A stretch of 64,000 nt of DNA from Octopus sinensis (taxonomy: Eukaryota), in NCBI RefSeq assembly GCF_006345805.1, contig NC_042999.1, forward strand, positions 4,030,001-4,094,000, given 5' to 3'. The position numbers and the translations under genes are program-made. The notes below the pieces were generated by a model. That model did not search any database, was not told the DNA's origin, and saw nothing but the letters and a program-made list of their open reading frames with translations. Position 1 is the first letter of the stretch, and each line of letters opens with the position of its first letter. Shown in pieces: positions 52,831 to 64,000 of the stretch.

Positions 52831-54384
52831 GTTTCTTCATTTCATTGCACCCATAGTGGTTTACTTCCAGAGCCCTTAATAACAACATTGTATTTCTTTC
52901 TAACCCAGATTTGCATTCTTCAGAAAGTATTATTTTCTTGTTTTTCCTCCAGCTACTAAATAGTAAGAGTCCAAATCAAATAATAAATGTCCTAGCTTCA
53001 GCTGTCCTTACTTTCCCAGTCAAAGACAGCCTAAATATATGAACACCACTGCATCCTCTGCCTCCTCCTCTTCCTATTCTCTTCCTCCTCCCTCTCCTTC
53101 ATCTCCAAACTAATCATTTCTAACTTAGGCACAAAGCCATGATTAATTGCATCAATCCCAGTGTTTAATTGGTAATTACTTTATCGACTGTTGAAAGATG
53201 AAAGGCAAAGTCTATCTTGTTAGCATTTGAACCCAGAATATCCCCAAGCATTTTGTCTGATATTCTATCAATTTTTTTTTGTTTTGTTTTCAATTTTAGC
53301 AATGGACTTTTTTGTAATGATGATCCTCTTTAATGGACATTATTTCAAGATCTTTTATAATTTGCACTATGACAGGCTTTTGACATTAAAAGATACGTTT
53401 TCTGAACATAAGTGTCACCACTACACTTACGTAGAATCATTTAGAGACAGACTTGCTTGTATCAAAATAGATGTAAATGCATGGGTGTTTGTGCTTATAA
53501 AGACAAAATATGCACAGAAGCACACACACACACACACAGTTAAACCAATAAATACGTACATCTCCAAATCTGACGTCCCACAAGTAAGGCAATATTTAAT
53601 ATTACTAAATTAAATGTTGTTTTACCAATATATATAAACATAACTATAAAACACATACATGCACACACATTTATTTATTTTCACTCCTATGTCACTGGCT
53701 ATTGTGCATTTGAGATCTTCTTGGAGTGTCCACTGGTAAGTGTTCTTGGGCAGGTGCTTTTCCCATTTTTGTATGTGTATGTGTGTGTGATTTCATGCGT
53801 GTGTGTGTACACATACACATACATACACTTGTTTTTATTTGCATTTGAAAGCAAGACTTAGAATTTAACACAGTGTCAAAAAGAATATAATTGAGTTCTT
53901 AGACAAAATTATCTCAAAAATCTTAACTACAATGAAGGTACTTGTATACGAAAATTATATTTATGCACTGATAATAAACTCTATGTAAGACATGTGTTAA
54001 AACTAAATTTCCAGAAAGGAATAATTGCTTCTTGAATGATTTTCCTATGCTCAAAGTAAATTAATATGATTAATATGATCAATAAAAATATTTCTGCTGT
54101 ATTGGTTACCATTTGTTGAACTATTGCTACTAATCAAGACTTCTTATTTTTTTAAGAATCTTCTTATTTTCCTCAAATCTGAGAGAAAATATGCAATCTT
54201 CATTTACAGTTTCTCAGAATCTTATTTAATTCTCTTTCAATATTTGTCTTTTCTCTTTCTTTCAAGAGATTTTTTATTATTTTATGTTTTATCCCTTACC
54301 ATCACTTTCTTCTATCTCTCTGCCTACTTATCTATCTGTTTGTTTCTATCTGTCTACCTGTCTCTCTTTCTGTATGTATAATAT

Positions 54385-55010
54385 ATACATGCCTCCAGAC
54401 AACCTCAGAATCTCATGTGACTCTTCTGGATGGTCTCCTTGTTTAAGTTGGTGAATGCTGCCGTCATGCTTGTCTTCAGTTCCTCTTTGATGTTAAAATG
54501 AGATTTGTTGGTCTCTCACTCAACCACAAACCACACATAATAATCAAGGAGGTTGCAGCCTGGGGAGTTAAGTGGCCAGATGTTAGGGTAGATGTGGTCG
54601 CAAAAATTGTTTCACAGCCATGACTGGGTTCTCTTGCTTGAGTGGCATGGTTCAGAGTCTTGTTGCCAGACAAGGTCTTCCAGCAACTACCGTCTTGACC
54701 CAGAGCAAGACTACCTCCTCTAGGCACTTAATCTAGGACTGCATATTGAGTCTGAGGCCATGTGGGAAGATGAATGGAGGCATAACGTCACCATCACTAG
54801 TTGTCACTCCAAACTGCATGATGTTGACTGGATGTTTGATTTTTTCCATCACTTTCAGTACATGCCCTCTGCTCGACACCCAAACAGTCTGAAATGTTCA
54901 TATTGGAGTTTCTGGCATGAATGCAAAACAGTACAACATGTCATTTCCAAATTTATTGCTGAGTGAATTGTGTCATGGTGCTGTTTTTCTCACAGATAGT
55001 GCCCAACTGA
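54385..55010 (-). mobile_element. Internally deleted Tc1/mariner (maT/DD37D-like) transposase remnant
   Basis: Minus-strand KHPVNIMQFGVTTSDGDVMPPFIFPHGLRLN, VWQQDSEPCH and WPLNSPGCNLLDYYVW; stops and frameshifts. Confidence 0.8.
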
Positions 55011-55120
55011 CCCTACTATACTGTGTAGCTGACAAAATGAAAACGAAATAATGTGCATGTGTGAAATTAAAAATGTAAAATGGTTACAATTTATCCATCA
55101 TCCTCTGTATGTATATACAG

Positions 55121-55153
<33 letters not shown>

Positions 55154-55569
55154 TGTATATATGCATACATATGTATATACATGTACATGCATATGTGCTC
55201 TCACACACACATATACACACATACATATTTTCATAATTTATATTAAACACATCTCCATGTTGATATTGGTTTTATTCATTGTCTTTTCTTCTCTTTCTTC
55301 CACATTTCCTTTTCCTTTTTCTCTTTCTCATATACATTCCATTTTCTCCATCTTGACTGTCTCTGTGTATCTTTTATTCATATCTAATCAATATAAAACC
55401 AATCATTCTCACAACCTATTATAGTACTCTCAAGGAAAAAACAAGCATTGACCAGACCTTTCTTTTAATCTACATATTTGAACAACTTGTTATAAGTATA
55501 TCATGGGGGAAAACACAAACATATGTTTGTACATGAAGACACAGCACAAATATATATACATACTGTCTG

Positions 55570-55613
55570 TTCGTCTCTCTCCATCTCTCTCTTTCTCTCT
55601 CTTTTTCTTGCTT

Positions 55614-55650
<37 letters not shown>

Positions 55651-55855
55651 GTTTCTTATCTCTCTCATTGCATGTCTATATGTATGTAGGTAGAGAGAGT
55701 GCATACATACATACATACATACATACATACATACATACATCATACACACACACATACATACATACATACATACATCATACACACACACATACATACATAC
55801 ACACACACACACATACATACATACATAAATACATACATACACACATACATACACA
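55570..55855. repeat. (CT)n and (CATA)n compound microsatellite
   Basis: Directly visible. Confidence 0.9.
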
Positions 55856-56899
55856 CTGGCTGTCCACTTGTGACTGAGGAAAACCATCGCTGACCATGCA
55901 AAATGTTGGCAGTGGTCATGCATAAGGTTACTGCACCTACAGTTAGCATCACTTGGGTTCATGCATGCAACTTCCAAACTTGCTATGGTGCCTTCCTACT
56001 TGACCGAGCAACAGCCTAATATTTTAGATCTTATAAGACTTTCACAATACCTCACAGGCTCTCTCCACCTATTGACATAATCCAGAGACAAGCCAGAATA
56101 AGATATCCAGTGTCAATATTGGTTGCAGACTCAGGAATGTGGGAGCATCATGACCACAAGTGCAAGCAAAAGATTCCAAAAATATTCAATGTTATTCGCT
56201 GCATATCTGTTTTTATACACTAAGCAAGAATAAAATAAACCTGTGTACAGCTATATTTAACATTCTGATGTACACTCACATATGGAAAGATATTCCCTGT
56301 GGAAATTATCTCAGAAAATACATTATCGTCATAGACTATGAGTGTAAAAAATTAAGCTGGAATGCAAATGCTATCATTGGACTGCAAGACACATGTTTCA
56401 GCATAACTGCACTTCATCAGTTACAAACACCACCAGTTATTCATAGGCGAGTAAGAACTGCTGTTCCTATATATAAACAGTTTGCTGTTGTATGCAGATC
56501 TTTGTCAAGCTCAGTTTATTTTTGCACACATAAATTATAAGAATATCTTCTTCAAGACAATTATCTCAGAGAATGTCTCACCCTGTTTAAATGTTCATGA
56601 GCATGTTAAGTATAAATTTCTACAGCTTTATGCTAATTATCATTCCCTTGTGTACTTATTAATTAATTTCAGTATGTGCACATATATATATATATGCATA
56701 GATATGCATGTGTGTATGTACATTATATTTAATGTGTGTGTGTGTGTGTGCCACTGTGCATGTGGAGGGAGTGGTGTGTGTGTGGTGTGTTATATTATAT
56801 ACATCACATTACCACACAGCAACACACGTCATTCACAAACATCATACAATTTACCCTTTACTTACAGTGAGCGAGAGAGAGAGAGAGTCCTTTTGCTAC

Positions 56900-57200
56900 C
56901 TGCAGTAGTCAAAGATCTCTGAACTTCCCCATTACACCAGTCTTACTCACCACTAAACTTTTAAAACAAACATCATGACTGCTAACTAGGTTACCTAGAT
57001 TACAAAAGCCTTCTACTACTTCTTCACAGTATGTTAAGCATTTGAAAGAATCTATTTCACGTGTACTCTTAAAGCTAACAGCCCCTGTTCACCTGCTACA
57101 TAAAAAGGCTTCTTTCCATGAGATCCCACAACACTACTTCTGCATCTAAAATTTTTCACCAAGTAATTTCTACTTATTTCTTTTGTACTTAACAAGTATG
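56900..57200 (-). mobile_element. RTE LINE fragment
   Basis: Minus-strand FLCSR*TGA..IDSFKC..EVVEGFCNLG and GKFRDLL, resembling post-RT RTE sequence. Confidence 0.55.
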
Positions 57201-57219
57201 TATATACATATACATATAC

Positions 57220-57276
<57 letters not shown>

Positions 57277-57820
57277 CACATATATATATATAGGCACAGG
57301 TAGGTTGTGCATTTAAGAAGCATGCTTTCCAAGTACTTGGTTTCAGGTTCAGTCCTATTGTGTAGCACCTAGGTAAACATTTTCTTTTATAGCCCCAGGC
57401 TGATTAGAGCCTTGTCGTAGATAGAAGGTGAAAGAACCCCATCATACATATATTTCTCTCTCTTTCTCTCTCTCTCTCTATCTATCTATCTATACATATA
57501 TATTTAGATATATATATATATTTGTATGTATATGTATATATATATGATATGCATGTATATATGAATATACAAATATACTTACTTACAAATGCAATATATG
57601 TATATACACACACATACACACACACAAATATAAGCTCACAGTCTTGCTATTGATATCTTTGTACATTTTCTTACATATAATTATACACACACCTACATAT
57701 GTGTACATACATACACACATAAATATGTGTTTATTGATTTGCTTATTCCTCCTCAAAAATTGCTGTAATTCTGACTTTGTAAATTGTATTTGGAAATTTC
57801 GCTCCTAACTCATCTCCATC

Positions 57821-57852
<32 letters not shown>

Positions 57853-59159
57853 AGTAGATTCTCTGAAATTCTTTTCTCTATCCAATTGATTATCTCTTTC
57901 TTTCATTTCTTTCCCTTCTGTCTTTACCCTCAGCTCTTTTATTATATTAGTTTCTGCTGTCGACAGCCATAAGTATATTCCCTCAGTGTTTCAGGCTCCA
58001 TTAGTGGCATCTTTTTAGCGATGAAACTTTTGATAAGATTTTGCTCTTTCCCTTTTATATGAATCACATTTATGCTGCTATCATTTCATCTAATTCTTTC
58101 TTATCATATAATCAGTTTTTCTTTCTGCTTCTACCTACTTGTATCCTTATTTCTTTTTTTTCCCTCCTCTTTAGTCAGCTGTCTAGAATAAATTGAAATG
58201 TTTATCGCATTACATCTTTTGTTATCTCCCCCACTCTCTCTTACTTTATTTCACCTTATCTAATCAACTATCTGTCTACCTACATATTTATCTATTCATC
58301 AATATGGCCATCTAAATATATCTCACATCACACACCTCTCTCCATACTGTACAAGTTGGTCTGATTTGTCAAACTCCATTTGCATGCCATCTTGTGGTCT
58401 TGGTAAAGCTGTATCATTAGATATTTATACTTTTGGCTAACAACTTTATTATAGTGAGTATTTAGTATTTATTTTCTTGAAGTGTTGAAAGTTTAAATAT
58501 GTATATATTTTGTTAGGGTTTGAAGTTATTAACTTATGAATTATAAGTTCAGTGCCTAAACAACTTTGCCACAACTTGCTTTTTATTTGTGTTTGTGTGT
58601 ATGTTAAATTCGGTATAATTGATCCATGCATTGCTGTATGCATAAGACGATGATTCAAGCACCGTAACTTGGACAAATTTTCTTCAACTATAGTATCAGG
58701 CTGACCAATTTTGAGTGAATGAAATTAGTAAATGAAACTCATTCATGATATATATACATGCTAGTATGCTACATTTACCAAAATGTATTGTTATAGAGAT
58801 AAGTCAAACAGCTTGTAAAAACGAAGTGCTTTTCACCTGAGGAGACACATCTGCATCAAGGATGCATGACAATTGTTTGTGCAGCCTCTCACCTATAAGG
58901 TGTCAGTGCATTATGGGTCAAAACAATCATAGTGGTTCTGAATATAGAGTCTCATGGATTCCATTTTCTATCTTGCAGATTATATATGCATACACACACA
59001 CACACACACACACATAGGAAGGTGGATGTTAAACGATGATGATGATGATGATGATGATGATCTAATATGTCTAAACTTCCTACACTTAGATCTTTGGATC
59101 TCACAATTACATATTGATATATATGTGTCTGTGAGCGTTCTTTGTGTTATGGTTCTTTA

Positions 59160-59380
59160 TAATAATAATAATAATGAAATTATTGTATACAGTGCTCAGG
59201 TGCACCACAACTTGTCAGAAAGTGCATATAAAGTACATGCAGTAATGTAAAAATGTCTGGAAAGCGAACAATGTTTGAGTCAGATACATGTTTGTGTGTG
59301 TATGGAGGGGAGAAAATCAGGTGTAGTGTTGGCGAATCTCAGAAAGCATGGAAGTTTTGAAGTTTTGAAGGATGCAGTAA
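59160..59380 (-). mobile_element. CR1-like LINE 3' UTR and tail fragment
   Basis: (AAT)n followed by gaaattattgtatacagtgctcaggtgcaccacaac, similar to the tail-adjacent sequence at about 18750. Confidence 0.45.
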
Positions 59381-61332
59381 CTTAGCAGATCAACAAATAG
59401 GATAGATGCATTGAGTGCTAGCCTAAAATAAGTTCTGAAAAATGATGTGATCACTTAAATTGTTGCTTCAGCATGGCTGAAAAGGAGTAAGATAATTATG
59501 ATATGTTGCATTTTCATAAATGTGAATGCTTATACATCTATAACTGATACTGACTTATTATATTTTATGCTGTCATAGCCTCCTCATATCAAATCTTCCA
59601 ATTTATTATTACTTCTATACTATACATATATCATTTTGAAAAATAAATATTTCTGTACTTTTTATTTCTGATAATCATTATCCTTTATTCTTCTGTCTTT
59701 AGATATCTGACAGGTTGCCAATTCTTGGTTCTAAAATAGTCAACTTATAGATTGAATATGTTTTACAATGTAAGAATAATGTTTCTAATTATATTATGCT
59801 GAATAGAGTGAATATATATTAATCAATATGCTTTTAGAAATACATTCTAGTTTGTTTTTGGTTTTGGTTTGTATGTGTGTGTGTGTGTACGTACCTGATA
59901 TCTTATATTTTATCTATTGCAATCTTGGAGTCTCTTGTTGAAGAAATTACTGAGTTGATGTATTAGTGTTCAACTTTATATTGATTTTCATTTGCATTTA
60001 CCTTTCAAAAATCAGCTTTAAGAATTATGCCTGCATGATGCTATATTCAAAGTGTCTTATGTAAGCTGAACAATTGACCGTCATGATGGCACCAAACAAA
60101 GTTGAAATTAGGCTTCAGTGAATGAAATAGAAAATAAGTAATGAAAATGATATTTGAATGTATGTATTACTGAAGGAATGAATTTATTTAACAAATCTAA
60201 TAGCTACTCTCACTGCCATAATGATTACCTATGTGAATTTATATATCTATGAAAGTATATACTTCTTACTGTGTTTGTGTCTGTGTGTTTTTCTGAATGA
60301 ATAGGTGAGGAAATATAGGAATATACCTAGGCTTATGAGTGAGTTATGTTGAAGAATGAACTGCACTGCTTGTGGTATACAATATATATTTTGAATTTAA
60401 TCTGAAGAAATAAAGTAAAGAATATTTGTTAAAATATTGAAATGTGCACAGTGGAAATTTGCTCTTAATTATAAAAAATAAATATGCATTTAGATTTTAT
60501 GAGTACACGTACTTGTATGAAAATAATAACAACAATATCTACTGATGAGTAAAATTGCCATAATAATGTATTAACTACTGAGATAATCTTCTAAAATTTT
60601 TCACTACGAAGCTTTGATTTTTTTTAAATTCTGAAAGGAAAAAATGTAGTTCTCATCTTAAGTAATGTGTTTTTCATAATATTGCAAAGTTATTCTGAAA
60701 ATTGCTCCCAAGATTGCTTTCTCTCAGAGTGTTCTTATTTACTTACAAGTGATGACTTTTTACCAAAGTCATTTTAAGATAACTGTTCTTTAAGATAATT
60801 GCTGCATTTAAAAAAATTTTAGCCTCTTAAAATGTTATTAACAATTCTGAAAAAATATTTTCCCTTTGTTTTATCTATATAATAGCATATTTTACTCCTC
60901 TTCAAAATTGCATAGCATACTCATTCTCTTCTTCCCTTCTTTCAATTTCCTTCTTTCCTTTTCTTCCGTCTGTCCCTTCCCTTCTCTATTTATCTATCTA
61001 TGAATCTATCCACTTATCTCTCTATCTATCTGGCAGTCTGTCTGTTTGTCTGTCTATCTGTCTCTCTTTTTGTCTCCATGTATTACAAATATTTCTATTA
61101 AGGTAAAGAAGAAAGAAAAGAAATTGTTTCATGCTTAGTTGAGTGAAAGTTTATAAAACCAGAAATCTTTGAAGTACACTTGCACTGCAAAAAATATTAG
61201 CTTCATCTGGCAAGGCAAACATTAAACTACATTCAGTTTCCTTGTTAAGGGGTTGCTGTTTAATTTTTATCTTGTAGCTGCAGATTTGACCTTTTGGAAA
61301 TACCTTATCTGCTAAAGAACAGGATCTCTTAC

Positions 61333-61392
61333 TTCTAAGCAATCTGGTTGATCACTGGTTGGTCTTTTACTTATGCAATTCACAGCTATTCT
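61333..61392 (-). CDS. Candidate 60-nt antisense-strand exon (RIAVNCISKRPTSDQPDCLE)
   Basis: Minus strand tttttttcttttacag| ... TTAGAA|gtaaga; open phase 0-0. No homology recognised. Confidence 0.25.
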
Positions 61393-61519
61393 CTGTAAAA
61401 GAAAAAAATCAAAAAAAGAAATTTGCTAAATGTCTTTATATGAAACTGAATATGTGAGTGATTTCAAATGAGTATGAATACATGCATGTGATTGTGTTTT
61501 TGTACATATTCATACATCT

Positions 61520-61666
61520 GAACACACACATTTACGTAAATGTATATGTACAAATGTACCTGTGTGTGTATGTATATATGCACATACATATATATATATA
61601 TATATACACACATATATGTGTATATACATATATGTATACATATATATGTGTATATATATCATACAT

Positions 61667-61727
<61 letters not shown>

Positions 61728-61840
61728 AATACATGTACATTCACATACATGCATATATATATATGTAGATATATGTATGTAGGTATGTATGTATATTTGT
61801 ATATACACACGTACATATATATACACACACAAATATATGA
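61520..61840. repeat. TA/CA-rich low-complexity tract
   Basis: Directly visible. Confidence 0.9.
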
Positions 61841-64000
61841 TTGCAAAAAGCATGGTTAGATGAAACCATGCTCAGTTTGAAAACTAATTGGTTATGTTTA
61901 CATGTCAGTTTACTTTCATCAAGTTTAAAGTTTATGATAAAAAAAAGCTTATAAAGACGATATCAAAGCTGTAAAATATGGAAATAAAGATGCTCTTGTC
62001 CTACTGATGAAAATACCTCCTGAGTGAAGTCACAGAGTAAACCAATTAAAGTGCCCTGTGCAAAGAGTCGTTAAGCTGTTCTAGCCATACTTCCAAATGA
62101 CTGGCTTAGCAACTTCATTGCATGGAGTTCTTCCTTTGGTGCTGACACCACCCACAAGACAGACGCTGTGCACAATGTTACGGAATGGGTCTCCATCTGA
62201 CTCTCTCATAGTGTATTCAAGGATTCCAGAAATTATTTGTAATCAGAATGTAAGCAATGAAAGCAAAAAGAATAAAAGATTTATATAATTTATCTTAATG
62301 GTGTTAATTTTCTTTGTTAATTTGTGAAATAGTTTTTCCTATTTTTGTAATGGTGATGTGCATTCGATAAATTCAGAAAAAAGCATATAGGATCATTTTT
62401 AATTTTCCTTTTTAGTGAAAAAATATGTTAAAACAACAGAACACTTAGATGATTTTCTAAAAATTGAAATCCATACCAATATTTTATGAACATCTCCACT
62501 ATACCTTAATTTTAATAAGGCATTGACTGAAACAAAACAAAAATTCATTTTAGAGTGAAATATAATAGATAAAACAATAAAATAAGCATGCAGTTCTTTG
62601 TTTTAATTGTCTAAATTTGTAATTGTTGTGATTAAAAAAACAAAAGCAAAGCAAAAGCAATTATTAAAAACAGGTTACTGTGAAGAAATGTTGCTACTCC
62701 TTCAACTCCGGTGTCTTCTGAAAATTTTGTTTAATATTTTCTGAAGATAGCGAAAATATTAAAGCAAATTTAATATTTTGTTTAATATTAAATTTGGTTT
62801 TAATATTGCTTAATTGAATTTTCAGAACTGTTTGTTAATATTTTGTTAACGAAGTAATCAAAGAACACCTGGAGCTTCTTTGTCATCAATTTTAGCAAAG
62901 CCAAATGACAAATAATTACAATCATATTCATATTTAATTTTTTTATAGATATCTGCAAAGAACTGAAAGATGCAGATTTTACGTGTGAATTAATCGAACA
63001 AAAAGTTGATGCTTGCTTCAATCTCCGTGTCTTCTACTGAGACTATGGCTTGCTTCACTAGTTTCTGCATTTTTAGTAACTCCAGTTTTCTTTAACAAAC
63101 TGTTTTGAATTCTTTTTAATTGAAATAAAATTTATTGAGATGTATCATTAAAAATTTCACCAGATTTATAAAGACACACAAACAGCAATACAACAAAAAC
63201 ATTAAAAACAAAATGATAGCAGTGCAGTTTTTTTAGTGTTCTAATGAGGTCATGCATGCATTCAACTGATGGTGGTACTTCACATAAGTTAACTTATTAC
63301 TTTGAAAAAGCTGATTGAATAGCATTCATTTATAATTGTACTTTATTAAATTTTCTTAAAAAATTCCTTCCCTCATTGAATCCCAGGAATTTATTGCAGA
63401 ACCCACTTTTGAAAATACTGTTTTGGAAGATTTATGAAGAAGTTGTTTATGCTGTTTGAATTAAATGTTATTCAATAATGAATAGTCAAGTCTGCTGATT
63501 CATTTTAATTGGAAAATAATTACTAAATCAAAGAAGATCACTGGAAAACCAATGATCTTTTGGACTGGCCACCATAAAAGATTAATGCTGAAATTTCTTA
63601 TGGACTGTTGCACTCATCTGGAGTTAAATTGCTACAAATTTAGAGCTTGGTTCTATTGCTTTATTCCACCCCAGCTCATTTAACCTTTGTGCTTTTTGAG
63701 GTTGATAAATTATGCTAGACCAGCTGAAATTGTATTTGGGTTAGAACTTTCAAACTTAATACATTAATGTGATAGCTGAGTAACTCATGAGTTCAGCCTG
63801 AAATTCTGTCTAGGCTGGAGGTTAGGAATCATAACATTTGAAAAGGATTAGACATAAAGTAGAGCATGATAACATTTGAACCACAAACTTCTTGTCCTAA
63901 AGTTGTTATTGACAATTCTTAATACAAAGAATTTTAATTATATGCCCACAGAACCACATCAAAGAGTTAAGAGACTTTTAAGAATGTAAATTCTCATTTT

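Noticed and set aside
56336-56452. DYEC...IIGLQ resembling the human alpha-2/delta C-terminus
   Set aside because: Wrong position in the gene, and GPI-signal regions are poorly conserved; likely chance.

Overview
AT-rich, microsatellite- and SINE-dense animal DNA; the repeat repertoire suggests a coleoid cephalopod, probably Octopus (inference). The one protein-coding element I can name is on the + strand at about 44-52 kb: the 5' part of a voltage-gated Ca2+ channel alpha-2/delta (CACNA2D-family) gene. It has an intact exon at 46371-46452 (VQHWAKDLGDKLYSFSNKVTMLNDISK), candidate flanking exons, and a decayed exon-3-like segment at 51691-51793. Elsewhere on the + strand are many 9-54 nt segments with good splice signals. 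Some form tight, phase-compatible clusters (62-821, 33943-34059, 38579-38845) and may be a microexon-rich transcript, but chance hits cannot be excluded without RNA data. The rest is at least four SINE-like families, decayed LINEs (R4/Dong, RTE, CR1), a Tc1/mariner remnant, piggyBac- and hAT-like MITEs, foldback elements and simple repeats. Nearly all ORFs in the supplied track are artefacts of these repeats. All family assignments are by eye and from memory; no searches were run.
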